A stretch of DNA of 64,000 nucleotides from the NCBI GenBank assembly GCA_003614675.1, contig ML002214.1:1-64000 (forward strand), written 5' to 3'. This document shows, piece by piece, positions 34,101 through 47,045 of this stretch. A model generated the notes under the pieces. It worked only from the letters and a program-made list of their open reading frames with translations. It was not told the DNA's origin and ran no database searches. Each line of letters starts with the position of its first letter. Within the stretch, counting starts at the first letter, position 1. The position numbers and the translations under genes were made by a program. This DNA comes from Dimargaris cristalligena (Eukaryota).

Positions 34101-35625
34101 AAGTACCGCTGAAGAGCGCGAGGCCTTCTTACGGTCGCTCCTAGAAGTGGATACAGAGGAGGCAGATGTGGAAGAAGACGGGTACGAGGACGAAGAACTT
34201 AATGAGATTTTGGCACGCGGCCCCGATGAACTCGACGCCTTTAAACGGATCGACGACGAACGCAAGGCCCGCGAATTGGCCGAATGGCGGGCCCTGGGTA
34301 ACACGGGGGATCCACCGGAGCGGCTGATGACGTTGGCCGAAGTACCCCAGCTGTACCTCCAGGAATACGACGTTGATGCCGAAAAGAAGGAGCTGGCCAA
34401 CTTGGAACGCAAGAACCGAGTGCGGAGTGCCGTTCATTATGACGATGTCCTGTCGGAGGAGCAGTGGCTGGATGCCATTGAGGAAGGAAATGACGTCGAC
34501 GAATTGTCTCGTAAAAAGCGGGAGTCCCGGGAACGGCGTCGCCAACGGGTCATTCTGGCCGGTGAAGGCAGTGATACCGAACGGGATTCATCGTCTGTAC
34601 TCGGCATGTCTAGCACACCCGGTGAGCCACGCAAGCGCGGTCGGCCCCGTAAGAACACCATCGGGTATTCGCCCGCGGTGCGGGGTCAAGATGGCTACGA
34701 CGAGGAGGACGATGAGCTAGGTCGAGGTTCCGGAGCGGCCACCCCCACTGGATCCTCCCGCATCAGTAAACACCGTGGTCGTAAACGTATGGATGACGAT
34801 GCGCTCAGTCTCGACGGCAGTCAAACCCCAGTGAACGGCGGGGTCGCCACCCCCAACGTAATCGGTACCGGTAAGCGGGGTGCTACGGGCCGGGGTACCA
34901 AGCGGCGCAAGACCACCGATATCGATCCCCTCCCCGCCCATGTACGAGAGGCTTTGTCGACCGTATTCGAAAAGAGCTACGAAGCCGTGCTCAACTGCGT
35001 GGACCCCGTCGACGGACGCCTGCGCAGCGACCTGTTCGTTGAGCTCCCGAGCAAGCGTGAGTACCCACAGTACTACACGATTATCCGCAAACCCATCGCC
35101 ATGAGTATGATCCGGAAACGCATGCGGTCGAATACCTACACCTCAGTGGCCGATTTCCGGAAAGACTTTGAACAAATGTTCACCAATGCCTGTACCTTTA
35201 ATGAGGAGGGGTCGTGGGTCTATGTCGACGCCCTGGAAATGAAGAAGGCGCTCGAGGCTAAGCTTGAGGAACTGGCCCCTTTGCGGTTAGGCGGAGAACC
35301 CCCCGAATTGTTGGAGTGGCGCCGTAGCCAACACCAGCACGCGAATACACCTGGCGCTGCGTCCGACGGCGGTAGCGGCCTTGGACCAGGTACGCCTTTG
35401 TCCGTCACTGCTTCGCAAGTAACCCCTCTTCACCACCGCACCCAATCGACGGCTAGTCAGGATTCCATGGGCCAGGATATGGCGACGGACTCCCGGACAT
35501 CCAAAGTTTTATTCAAGGATTTCAACCCCTCCCAGGATACTAATGGGTCGGCCGGGCCTGTATCACCGACGACTCAGGAAAATAGCGGGAGTCGTGAGTC
35601 CCAGTCGCCCCATCCCTTCCTCTAA
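31144..35625 (+). CDS. SNF2: SWI/SNF-RSC chromatin-remodelling ATPase (Snf2/Sth1/Snf21 type)
   Basis: QLQ (QLNALKMQIVAYR), HSA, GILADEMGLGKT, DEGH, QAQDRAHRIGQ, AT-hook (RKRGRPRK) and bromodomain. ATG in GCCATGG at 31144; probable 5'-UTR intron from GTAAGC at 30868. Confidence 0.95.
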   Translation: MDGSSTETAAASAGPQQPAFNEKLFQLLKTIQHLKGRGETEATNPTLALMVDWVHKYSVQRNQAQQTAAAGPNAGPPPPDVQAKPPPTPQAAPTPARVESVPTPAKPNGTSLPADLPFNEAQLNALKMQIVAYRFISKNLPIPENVRVALFSAMGNVSPKDLEAMEDPNTLTGKIVEAARIQALDPASLALEKSYYAPYHLLKQHLQHNNPVAMLQRLVIPGIVPAGLDPQALVEERERRIGARITNRIQELEVLPSNLANDTLGSAQGGAGHKLRALIELKSLKLLERQKQMRRDILEGMQKTTTLVTAQDRHSFRRVKKLSKRDARLAEKLERQHRLDREKRERQRHAERLQNIVAHGRDMVLWHRNNQTRQARLGKSVLQFHAHVEKEELKRIERVSKERLNALKANDEEAYLKLLDEAKDSRISHLLQQTDAYLDSLSQAVRRQQTEVLHTDPALRGGEELMDHVEPDEISYGDHDNQRNNDYYDSSHRIKETIDAQPSILVGGTLKEYQIKGLQWMVSLYNNRLNGILADEMGLGKTIQSISLITFLIEKKRQNGPFLIIVPLSTLPNWVSEFDRWAPSVRTVVYKGSPPARRALQQNEIRHGNFQVLLTTFEYIIKDRPVLSRIKWVHMIIDEGHRMKNTKSKLTQTINQYYSTRYRLILTGTPLQNNLPELWALLNFVLPKIFDSVTSFDEWFNTPFANTGGGDRIGLTEEESLLVIRRLHKVLRPFLLRRLKKDVESELPDKVEHVIRCRQSALQSSLYSQFVKHGMLFTGEKEKGKGVKGLSNTVMQLRKLVNHPFVFEEVENQVNPTHTNNTLLYRTSGKFELLDRVLPKLFGTGHRVLMFFQMTQVITIMEDYLQLRGWRYLRLDGSTKHEDRSLMLRQFNAPDSPYVIFLLSTRAGGLGLNLQTADTVIIFDSDWNPHQDLQAQDRAHRIGQTKEVRILRLITEKSIEESILARAQYKLDMDGKVIQAGKFDNKSTAEEREAFLRSLLEVDTEEADVEEDGYEDEELNEILARGPDELDAFKRIDDERKARELAEWRALGNTGDPPERLMTLAEVPQLYLQEYDVDAEKKELANLERKNRVRSAVHYDDVLSEEQWLDAIEEGNDVDELSRKKRESRERRRQRVILAGEGSDTERDSSSVLGMSSTPGEPRKRGRPRKNTIGYSPAVRGQDGYDEEDDELGRGSGAATPTGSSRISKHRGRKRMDDDALSLDGSQTPVNGGVATPNVIGTGKRGATGRGTKRRKTTDIDPLPAHVREALSTVFEKSYEAVLNCVDPVDGRLRSDLFVELPSKREYPQYYTIIRKPIAMSMIRKRMRSNTYTSVADFRKDFEQMFTNACTFNEEGSWVYVDALEMKKALEAKLEELAPLRLGGEPPELLEWRRSQHQHANTPGAASDGGSGLGPGTPLSVTASQVTPLHHRTQSTASQDSMGQDMATDSRTSKVLFKDFNPSQDTNGSAGPVSPTTQENSGSRESQSPHPFL

Positions 35626-37062
35626 CCATCACGAGATTCGTTTCTTATTTTTTTGGACTTGGTCCATCTTTTCCGTAGTTTAAATTCGAAACCTCAGATT
35701 TATAATAGCTCCACTGACTTCACCTGCAAATATGTTTTTATTGGTATATTGTTCTTTCCTTGTTACCTTTCCACCCTCTAACACACCAGTGTTTGTTATG
35801 TTTATGTAGTGCTTAACATGCCCACTCTGTTTATTTATTATTTTATTTTTATAGTTCAAGTATGGCATTTTCGCTAAAATAATAAAACTATTACCCCACC
35901 TTCGTCTCACAGACAATGGTATGTTCCAATAGAACTGTAAAGATACTTTGCTTTTGCTCTATAGGCAACTCCGAGACTTTTCACCTGGTGCCTTCGATGG
36001 GAAAATCGGCATGCGTTTATAGATTAAAGAGCAGTAACATCATTATAGCGATGTTCACCCAAGATTAGCCGGTTAAGTAGTTAGTCGATGGATGTCTTTT
36101 AGTGATGGGGCCTGTACACGTATGTCTTGTAGATTTGCGTAAGGGATTTTGAATCCGAGACAGTTAACACCGCATCCCGATAGGAGGAAGTCACATGTGA
36201 TTAGCGCACGTAGGTCCGAGTATCAATTAGTAAAGGTTATGTATACAGCAGACAGTGTCCTATTGTAACCAGCAATCAGCAATTGTCTGTTATACATTTG
36301 GCTAGGGGCTCCACACCCACCTCAGTGTCAGTGTTACTTTTATAGAAATAATGATATCCCTGAATCGCACTAAAGTAAATCCACGGCCACCCATGCTATT
36401 CACGGCAGATTATTTTTACTAGGCAATCGTGTTCCATCACAAGGCCTCTCGATGCGTACACTGCGAAACCCATTTTACTTTCGGCAGCTTGCTGAAGTGG
36501 GTTATCCCAGTTTAGGATAGGCTATATGATCTATCCCAACTCAAGGGTTAATCATGGAGGATCATCCCGAAGCAGAGAGTATGGAAAGTGAACCGTTTAT
36601 AAGGGATCTATACTGTAAATCTCACTTGGAGTACTCCGGATATCTTTAGTTGGTCAAAATACGCCAAGCCCAATTGATGTTACTGACAGTGGTAACACCC
36701 CACTATTCGGGTTAAAAAATTAACCGGTTAAGCTGAGCTACACTTTGGCCATCTTTCGGCAGTAAATGAGCAGCCGACTAGCAACTGTACTTATCATTTT
36801 AGTGGCAACTGGAGGAGAAACCCCATTATCAATAAACAGTATTTTAGAGCCGGTGCACTTCACAATTTGGGTATTTAAAAGCCAGTCTTTGGCCCCCTCT
36901 TATTTATATTCATCATTATCTAGCCATCTTCTTCCCGATCAACCAGTTATCTACAAGGTTCCCGCCAATTCCCTCGTTGCCATCGATACCAACTGCCATC
37001 CTCGCCTACCTGCAATACCTCATCCAACGTCCGTATTTCCATCCAACATTGTATATCCAATT

Positions 37063-37350
37063 ATGAAGGTTGCCTACTTCCAATTCGCGGTCGCTGTATT
37101 CATCTCCGCTGTTCTAGTCCCCCAAATCTCCGCCAGGGATCACGATGAACGCAAGCCCTCCGATGACCTGACCAACGCCGGCTCATTAGGTACTGGTGAA
37201 ACCGATCAGGGCAAATATATCCGCTACACCCATCTCAATCACCAACAGGCTCCAGACTCGGTCACCCGTAATGATAAAAGGAATCTGCACAATAATGGGG
37301 GTTACCGCGGTGGTATCCAGGGTGGTCGCTGGCCGACGATGTTAATCTAG
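37063..37350 (+). CDS. Small secreted orphan protein (95 aa) with a KR site before a Gly/Arg-rich 22-mer
   Basis: MKVAYFQFAVAVFISAVLVPQISA is signal-peptide-like; TATTTAAAA at ~36872; C-rich 5'-UTR; ends NDKR|NLHNNGGYRGGIQGGRWPTMLI*. Confidence 0.65.
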   Translation: MKVAYFQFAVAVFISAVLVPQISARDHDERKPSDDLTNAGSLGTGETDQGKYIRYTHLNHQQAPDSVTRNDKRNLHNNGGYRGGIQGGRWPTMLI

Positions 37351-38398
37351 TGCATAGCATCTACTCCGCGGTCCTGTCTATGCTGTAAACTCGGCCATGG
37401 TATACCCTATTCAGAGACGGAGTACAGCAGGCCGTTGGAACATTACGGAGGATCGTATTATCGTACCATTCGGCCAGTGGATGGCAAGGCTTAGTTCCTC
37501 GGTCGATTTCCATCACTCTCTAATATTTCCATATTCAGATATATATATTATTTACAATTCTCTTTTAATTAAATGGTTGCTCAAGGCTCTTGAACGAATA
37601 ATGCTCTTTTAAACTAATCGGAGTTTAGAGTATAATCTCTAGAGGTACCATTTTTACTGACGAGAACCTAAATGTAAACCGATTGTGCGTCATCCAGTCT
37701 GGCCCAAAGCCTTGGCTGGGGTGCTTTACTGGTCGTGTCTATTATTTTACGAGGTGTGTGTCATTTCAATCCTATATTCGTACGAATAGTTGATGTGCTA
37801 TGAAGTATTAGCATATGTCATTTAAAGGATATCCACCGATGGTATAACCTAAAAATGCGCACGCACTAATATTTATCGAAATTTTGGTTGCAAGCGGGGC
37901 TCCGGCGTGCCCGTGTCAATGGCATTTACCAGGTCTCTATTTCAACATACACCATTCACCAGAAATAGTAGAGTATTATATGAAGCTCGATTTAGCTGGC
38001 CATGATGTGGCCATTTGTGTCGTGCACACCAATGCTGAATATGAGCTTCTCACTCTGGCAACTGCTCAAAACACCTATTTCCAATCCCCCCTTGGCAGGT
38101 ATATTGTCAACTGCTGGTGTTAGTATCGATATCCTTCAATCTCAGTTTTTCATGTACTCTAATACACCACTTTGACAATAGCTAGATTGGTCACTTATGT
38201 ATAGTTATTCCTTTTTTAATACCACCCCGATTTCAATAGCGTACGATAGTGTAAAAACCATACAACCGAGATCTTTAGGATTACTAATGGCTAAGGCGAA
38301 ATAGGCCGGTTGATTTCACCATATATCTATTTTTTTTAAAAAAAAAAAACTAATTCAACATCATTAACATAATTTTTGATTATCGAAACACAAAGGGG

Positions 38399-40039
38399 TT
38401 AAGATTCTGACTCTTGTTTCTTGGGCCTTTGGGCCTTAGGGCGGGGCTTGGTAAATATCTGGAACGATGCCTCATCCTTAGACTTGTCGGGCCGGCGATA
38501 GGGATGCCGTCCCTCTTGGGAGCGCTGGGGCTTGGCACGGCCTTCCCGCGGACCCTTTGCTGATGAGCCAGTACGCTCGGTTTTCCGTCCCTCCCCCCCT
38601 GAAGGGAACTTTTGGCGTTGCTTACGATGCAGGAATCGCTGATCGAAGCGTTCGGTATCCAAGACCCGAAGGGAAGGAATCCGTTGTTTGACCGTCTGCG
38701 TGTAGTCTTCCATTTGGCAGATTTTGTTTCCCTTGAGGTTTAGGTTGACCAAAGTGTTCAGCTCGGACAGAGTCGCAATGTCCCTAGTAATTAAATATAT
38801 ATATATATTAATGCCGATGCAATACAGGAATTAAGGGTTAGTATCACAGAGAAACGGGATAAAACGATTGCTACTGTTGCCTGGTTTAGGCCCTCGGATC
38901 AGACCAAAAATATATCTAGGAGATAACTCAAAATGTCATTTTTCCTACTTACTTCCAATTACTGATGAGATTAAGCCCCAAGTCCAAAATCTCCAAGACC
39001 CGAAGGGCTCGGAAACTTTCTGGAATGGCGAGGATTTTGTTGTTACTTAGACGTAGTTCCCGGAGACCAGCCAAGTGACTTAGATCGGGGATAGTACGAA
39101 TGCTATTGAACGACGCGGATAGTTTGATCAGATTAACGTTGGCCTTCAGGGCGGGTAGTTCCTCAAACTTGTTATGGGAGAGAACTGTTTGGCGATAGTA
39201 GTGAGGGGATGGCAAAAATAATGGCGCCTCAAATACTAGGTTAGCTAAGCCGTAATGCTGCACATATAGGAAATTATTCGGGTGGTAGGAATACAAGTAC
39301 CGTAGCGTGACATTTCCATAAAAGCAGGTGTATGATTATATATATCCACACTAGGACAGTACACGTTAGATAATAGGCAGCCAGCGGTAATGAGAACCAA
39401 CTTACCAAGGGTGTTAAGATCCTTGGCTTTACCAAGATGTTCAATCTGGTGGAGATCATTGTTATTCAAGACAAGTGCTTTGAGCTGGGTGCAATTTTGC
39501 AGGTACATGGGTAGCTGAATGTAGCTGTTGTTACTCAGATTGAGTACTGTGGATAATATTGATTATGGGAGATGGGGTATACAATTGGTATAGGGGGATT
39601 GATTAGAATAGGGCATACTGATGGTGTTAGTAGCCTAAAGTGCTAAATAAATATCATATCTGGGAAATTAAAGAGATGGGGATGGACTATATTGGGAATT
39701 CGTCCAAATTAAAATAGTTTTTATTATAGGTATACGACGATGACCGGGAGAGGTGGTATCGGGCAACTTACCTACTAGATTGGTAAGGTCTCGTAAAAAC
39801 TGGCCTTGGTTAAGTTGGTTATGGGCCAGGTTCAACCAGGTCAGGGTTTTGATAAGCTTGATGCCATCGGTGCTCTCGGCGTCGGAGAGTTGGTTGTTGG
39901 ACAGGTCCAGGCGGCGCAGTTCGATACAGCAGGAGAGGTCGTCAATGCTGTCAATGTCCTGCTTGGCCAGCCTGAGCTCCGTCACCTCGGTGACGTTCGT
40001 CGTCGACTGCTGGGATAGGTATACCGGCGTGAGTCTCAT
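38399..40039 (-). CDS. SDS22-type leucine-rich-repeat protein with basic C-terminal tail; exons 40039-39772, 39546-39406, 39184-38953, 38783-38399
   Basis: Repeated LxxLxLxxNxL; LRR cap (NLKGNKICQMEDY....IPSLRVLD); canonical GTAAG..AG introns. Confidence 0.85.
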
Positions 40040-40451
40040 GGCGTCCGAATAGTAAGGGAAATGTAATAAATGGGCTAGTAGTCGGGGGGAAGGTCGTAAG
40101 TAACAGGGGAATCCACGATTCGCGGGGCACTAAAACGAAAACGAATTGGTCTAAACAGGCGAGGAGGCTAAGTAGAGCAATGGTAGGAGTAGGTCTCGGC
40201 TATTCTCATTTGCGTGAGGGTTAGGGGCAAATTATGGAGGCTAAACTTTGGCCTTTTTTCACCAATTGCTATTTTTTCAGCACTTTCATTTTTTTCTTCT
40301 TTTTTCACAGCTGATTCACGAAATAAGGACCCAAGTGCGAATCCATTTGCCTAGTCCCTTGTGTCCTTCCCACTGAATTTGCCAAAAAATACCTGCTGCT
40401 ATTCCTTTGTTCTTCACATTATTCACCACTGTCAAACATAAGCCATTCACA

Positions 40452-42536
40452 ATGACCGAAAAAGCCCAGGATAACCCTTCATTTGCGTCCTTGGTAAGTT
40501 CGTCGAGCCAAACCGGCTGATAAGTAGTGTAGGCATTCTCCACTGCCCCGTCAGTTCACTATGCGAAGTCGATTCGCCCGGCGACTTACCTGTTACCTAC
40601 AATTCTTCTGCCCGTCAAGCACCACTATAGCCGCATGGCATTCCCTTATTCAAACCTATTTGCCTAGTATATAGAACTTATTCTAACTGACATTGTCTAA
40701 TTATGTACCACGTCGTATTTTACATAACTTAGGGGGTGATGGACCAGCTTTGCGAAGCCTGCGATAAAGCCGGCTTTAAGAACCCCACCGATATCCAAGC
40801 CCAGGTGCTGCCCTATGCGCTGGAGGGCAAGGACATCATTGGACTGGCCCAGACTGGTTCCGGTAAAACGGCCGCCTTTGCCCTGCCCATCCTCCAGGGC
40901 CTGTGGAAAAAACCCCAGCCCTTCTACGCCTGCATTATGGCCCCCACTCGGTAAGTAGCCGAATACATAAATCTCCCGGCTTTTACCTCATGTTCTGGAG
41001 AAGTTTTTTCTAACCGATTGAATACTTTCCGAGCCTTGGGCAGGGGCATTAGTTGGGCTGGCCGATCCGCTAGATGTCTACTACCATAAGGCAATAGATC
41101 CGATCCGACTATAGCCATTTTGGAATGTGATTGCCTTACCTAGCTCATTTCCCCCCTTTTTTTATCGCTCCTCCTGATATCTATAATTATAGTGAATTGG
41201 CCATTCAGATCTCGGAAACCTTTGAAAAGTTAGGATCTGGTATCGGTGTTCGGGCCATCGTAATTGTCGGTGGTATGGATATGATGTCCCAGTCCATTGC
41301 CCTCAGCAAAAAGCCCCATATTATCGTATGTACCCCTGGTCGTCTTACCGACCATCTGGAACATACCAAAGGCTTCGACTTAAAGAAGCTCAAATGTCTG
41401 GTAAGTGTGCTTTGATTTTATCTTTACTTTACTACTGTGTTTCAGTGGCGACGAGTGGAATTAATCATAGCTGGGTCTATAAGCAAATTCAATAACCACT
41501 TTTTTGTTTTTCCGAGGTTACTCGGTTCAATAGGATTACTTTTGACCTAACTAGCTGGATCTACACATACACGCCCCCCTATTTTTCGCAATTCGGAATA
41601 CTAATTATACGGCTATTGACCATATTGCTGACTGACTGATTTGGCGAACATATCTAATAGGTGATGGACGAGGCCGACCGACTCCTGGACATGGACTTTG
41701 GTCCCAAAATTGACAACATTCTCAAAGCCATCCCCAAAGAGCGTACCACTTACTTGTTTTCGGCCACCATGACCACCAAGGTAGCCAAACTTCAGCGGGC
41801 CTCGCTGCAGGACCCCGTCAAGATTGAGGTTTCCGACAAATACTCGACGGTCGACACCCTGCTCCAGTACTACGCCTTCCTGCCCTTCAAGCGCAAGGAA
41901 TCCTACCTCATTTACGTGCTCAATGAAATTGCGGGCCGTTCGGCCATTGTGTTTGCGCGCACCTGTACCGAGGCGGTTCGCATCTCGTTGATCCTCCGTA
42001 ACCTGGGGTTCCCGGCCATCCCCCTGCACGGTCAACTAAGCATGGACCGCCGTCTGGGTTCCTTGAGTAAATTCAAGGAGGGCAGCCGCAACATTCTGGT
42101 GGCCACGGACGTGGCCAGTCGCGGTTTGGATATCCCCATGGTGGACGTGGTGATCAACTACGACGTGCCGAGCAACTCCAAGGACTATATTCACCGGGTT
42201 GGCCGTACGGCCCGGGCCGGTCGGTCGGGAAAGAGTATCACGTTTGTGACCCAATACGATATCGAACTCTACCAGCGGATCGAGTTTGCCTTGGATAAGA
42301 AACTGGACGAGTTCAAGGTCGATGCCGAGGGCGTGATGATGCTGCAGGAGCGGGTCCATGAGGCTATGCGGATCGCTAATATGGAAATCAAGGAAGACGA
42401 AATTCGGAAATTCGGACGTAAGCGCCCCCATGGTTCGTCATCGTCGGCCGATAAGGACGTGGTGCGCGACAAGGCTATTAAGGATGCTGTCAAATCTGTC
42501 GGTAAGGACCGGATGGGCAAACGCGGCCGCCGCTAG
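40452..42536 (+). CDS. RRP3: DEAD-box helicase Rrp3/DDX47; exons 40452-40493, 40733-40950, 41193-41400, 41661-42536
   Basis: [48 protein letters not shown] and [14 protein letters not shown]. Confidence 0.95.
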
Positions 42537-43090
42537 AGATACGGGTTGCCCTTGGTTGGAATTGGAGCTTGGTATTGTCTTTTATCAGTTTGTCCAAGGC
42601 ATTTGATTCCTTTTAAAAGTAGTTTCTTGAGTTGTTTAAATACACTCGTATCGAGTATGCGATCTATCTTCCTAATGATTATATTATAAAATGACTTCGT
42701 TCCTCGGCTTGGTATTTAGTTGAGCTCGTGTCGGAGTTATTCTGATAAGCCATAGTAAGGGGTTAGTTAGTGCTTCCCATTCGTGGCTTTTGCTGTTCCC
42801 TTGGAGAAAGATAAAGGGCTATTCCCCTCACCCACCCACAATTTGGGAAGGGAGCTTGCTGCCCACTCCGAAAAAATATATAAATAAAAATTATTCCTTG
42901 AACCTGCTCATTGAAATGTACTCCCTCGTAGCTCTTGAATCGGTATTGCCGTCACTGACTAATGGTTTGGTATTTGGGCATCGACAAGTCTACTTTTCCC
43001 GTCAGTTGGCACAACCCGTGATTGTCTTACTGTTCCTCCCTCCCTCCCGAATTTCGGTACTCTTCCGTAACCCCTATCATTAGGGCCACC

Positions 43091-45623
43091 ATGGTCGATT
43101 CCATTTATTTAACGCTTGCGTCACTGCGTTTTGTGGCCGCATTACTGCCAGGTTACATTCACCCCGATGAGTTCTTCCAGACCGTTGAAATTGCCGCCGG
43201 CTCCATAGCCCACTATCGACACTCGGTACCCTGGGAATTCGACGCTGCTGGTTTGCCCAGTCGCTCCATTGTCCCAGTTTATCTGCTCGCCGGTGTGCCC
43301 TTTACCGGCCTGAATGCCGTTTCTACGCTAGCCCAGGCCTTAGGCTACCAGTTTCAACCAGCTCCCTATACCGTTTTGTATGCGGAGCGGTTATGGGCTA
43401 CTGTCCTGTCATTCATTGTCGATTATACCGTCGGAGCGGTATTGGCTTTTTTAGGTGTATCGGCTCGTCGGCCCCTTCGACTGCTGGCTTCGTCGTTCGT
43501 GGTTGGCACGTTCCTAATCCACACATTCACCAACTCCCTGGAAACGATTTTACTATGCCTCGCTACACTGGTACTCCTTTCTTTGCTGAAATCCGGCATT
43601 GGCTCGGTCCAAACCGGCCCGCCACCCTCCCAGCCCCCTAAATGGCCGGTGTTTGCATTTGGTGTTATCATGGCCCTCGGATTATTTACGCGCATCACCT
43701 TTGCCGCATTTGCCATTCCCTTCGCGGTATATTTCTTATACCTACTGTATCACCCGTCAAACGGCCCACATTCAACTTATCGACCCCTTCCTGTACGTGT
43801 CTACCAACTGTTCTTTGTGGCCGCGTGGCCCTGTCTGCTGGGATTTCTGGTAACTGTTCTAAGCTGCCTTGTTAGTGACTCCGCCTACTTCTATCCACCC
43901 AATTGGTCAGAGCTCTTCGTCAGCAAGTCTACAGTCACCCTTTTGGTATCTAATCCCAAACAACTCTGGACTTTGCTGCAGTCTCGGGTTGTGATCACCC
44001 CTCTTAACAATCTATTGTACAACATGGATCCCGATAATTTGGCCCAGCATGGCCTCCACCCCAAGTACCTTCACATTCTCGTGAATTTCCCACTGCTATT
44101 TGGCCCACTTGTTCCGATATTCTACTACCAAATGTCACAAACCATCCGACTCCGAACTACTGCGCCTGCTAATGGCGGGCTTTTAATTGGTAAGGGTTTG
44201 CATTGTTATGATTTCTTAGCTTTTTTTAAAAAAAAATAGCAGTGCCCTTAACACAACCAGCCCCTTATCTTCATACCAACATACATCTTCGAAAAGACCC
44301 GAATTAACCGCATATGTCAAAAGTATATTTCGCTTTTCCGACTTTTTGATTTACCAAGTCTTTTGGACTAGTATCGCCTTAGGTATTTCAATCCTCTCCT
44401 GGTTTCCCCACCAGGAGCCGCGGTTCCTTCTACCTTTACTCCCAAGCCTCGTGGCGATCTGTGCCCCACTCATTAATCAAGCCGGTCCTTGGTTCTGGGT
44501 AAGCTTTTATATTAGGACGTTAAAACCGCCTAATTCAGACTCAATGTACTCACCCAATCCTATCCCAATCCTCCAGGACCCTCCCTATGTACTATGTGTT
44601 TTTTTCTAACTTATCTTATGCGGGAATTGTCTAATCTCTCCTTTGGTTCAGCGGGTGTGGGCGATATTTAATGGTGTGTTGCTGATCACCTTTGGAGGTC
44701 TCCACCAAGCGGGTATCATACCGGCTTTGCAGTTTATCCAAACAACTGCCCGAACCAACCAACAGTGCCACCCTCTGTCGCAATCACACCAACAGTGCCG
44801 GGGTCTGCCAAAGGCCTTCACGCCATTGGAAGGTAATAGCCACAATGATGTGTAGTAAGCCGTATTAAGACCCGTCTACCTACCGACGTATGGCGACTCC
44901 CTGTTTGGAATCCTGAGCACCGTATTTTCTAAAACTATTGTCTACCTGCGGATTATTATTACTAATATTTCTGCTGTGAATACATACCATGACAAATAGG
45001 GTCTCTAGAATCGCCTTCTCGCCGCTTTGAAACAACGGCAGTGTTTTATAAGACCCTTATGCCGATGCCCCATTTGCTAGCGATGGGCCGCCTTGACACC
45101 GAGCCCGCCTGGGTCGTCAATGTTGTTGATTTAGCCGGCAAGCCAAGATCCCGCTTTATGGAATTCCTAGACTCCGGAAGTGGCATTGCACCCGTCCCTG
45201 ATCAAGCAACTGATGGATCGGCGATTTTTAAGTGTAATCACACCGCCCACCTATGCACCCGGTAAGCCACCATCTTCCTTTGACTGTAAACCTCCCTATG
45301 TGAGGTTAGGTTAATACACCCAGTTGCTTAATGGGGTAAGATTTGGTATAGGTGGTTTGATTCAGCATCCTTGGAAACCAGTTTTTTGACCGGTTCTAAT
45401 TGTACCATAGCATCTACTTCGCTCCCATGTTATACTACCATTTAGGACCCTGTTAATTTACCCTAGTTCGGTTGACTGGGCGGTTGAGGAGCTCCGTCAA
45501 CTTAAGCAACGCTCGGCTATCGTGTACGAGGCGTTCCCACACGTTAATTTCGATGATTTGGGTCTTGTTTTGCAGTCCCCCGCGACTCGATCATCCTTGG
45601 TCGTTCGCCAGCTTCATGACTAG
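43091..45623 (+). CDS. SMP3: GPI mannosyltransferase 4 (Smp3/PIG-Z); exons 43091-44189, 44359-44498, 44652-44832, 45000-45261, 45446-45623
   Basis: GYIHPDEFFQ, PWEF, TFTNSLE, NNLLYN..NLAQHGLHP, PHQEPRFLLP, LHQAGIIP and PHVNFDD; splice phases checked. Confidence 0.9.
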
Positions 45624-46274
45624 TTAGTAAGATTGGTCGAACGTTTTAAATGGGGGGCGTGGTAGTCCGACTGGCCAAAGCGCATTGATTACATTGTTCA
45701 AAATATTGGATATGTTCTTTTGATGAATTGAAAATACAGTAAATATTTCGGGTACACTTGTTAATCGTTGAATGCCCCCTGCCTGTGTGTTTGGATAAAC
45801 GCCGGCGATTTCTGATTTAACCGCTTAGTTATTTAACTCTAAGGTCGATTGACCGGTTCTAATAAAGACCAGCCCTAGTCGGCTTATCATGTGAGCTGAT
45901 TTTGCCAATCTGGCCAATAATTGCAGTATAACGGTAGAAAAATAGAAGAGGCTCGATAGGGCTGTACTTGTCCAAAATTGGCAAATGTGCGTAAGTAACG
46001 TACAACTCCCCCCGCCTGTAAATTATGAGTTATCCAACCACCTTACCCGAAGCCCTTGTTGCACTGTGCTAAGACTTATTGTTTAAGCCCTCTTGACCTT
46101 CCCATTTCCCAAAGACCGCATTCGGTTTATTTTCCCTGCATCTTCGTCTGGCCTTCCCGTCTTTTCCAAACGTCATCCCCATCCTTCCGCCATTTTAGTT
46201 CCTTCATTCCTCTCATTAGCACAGCTCTATTTGCCACTTTCTAACCTCAGCAATCCCCACTTTAGGTCGTCACC

Positions 46275-47045
46275 ATGGGTAACAATCAGTCTCAGCTCGA
46301 AGAAATGGTGAATAGCTCGAATTGTAAGTAGGCGTGCCAGGTCAATCCCTTATTCATACCTCTAACCTATAGTCCCAGCTCCAAGGCAGGGGGGAGAGGG
46401 GGAGTCTGCCCGGGTAACCCTTCTCCCAAGCGTCTCGTGTCCGGAAAACTCCCAAGTACATATCCTATATCGGGCATATGAGGCCTGGGCTGTACTCACC
46501 CGTATATTACTACTCTTTCTTTTTCCAATTTCCCCCGCCATACATCCACGTACCGCTTACCTACCCCTCTAGTCACGGCGGAGGAAATCCAGCGACTGTA
46601 TAAGCGGTTTGCCAAGCTCGACAAGGACCGCTCGGGCACTATCGATAAAGAGGAGTTCCTGGCCATCCCCCAGATTTCCAATAACCCCCTGGCCCAGCGG
46701 CTCATTGCCATTTTCGACCAAGACGGTGGCGGCGATGTCGACTTTAAGGAATTCATCAACGGGTTGAGTACGTTTAGCGCGCGGGGCAACAAGCAGGAGA
46801 AATTACGCTTCGCCTTCAAGATCTACGATATGGACCGGGACGGGTTTATTTCCAACGGGGAGCTGTTTTTGGTCATGAAGACCATGGTGGGTAGCAACCT
46901 GAAGGACGAGCAGCTCCAACAGATTGTGGACAAGTCGATTATGGAAGCCGACCAGGACGGGGACGGCCGAATCAGCTTCGAAGAGTTCTGCAAATTTGTG
47001 GAGCGGACCGATGTTGCTAAACAGTTAACTCTGGATACTTTTTAA
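46275..47045 (+). CDS. CNB1: Calcineurin regulatory subunit B; exons 46275-46323 and 46573-47045
   Basis: MGNNQS myristoylation start, four EF hands and [27 protein letters not shown]. Confidence 0.97.
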
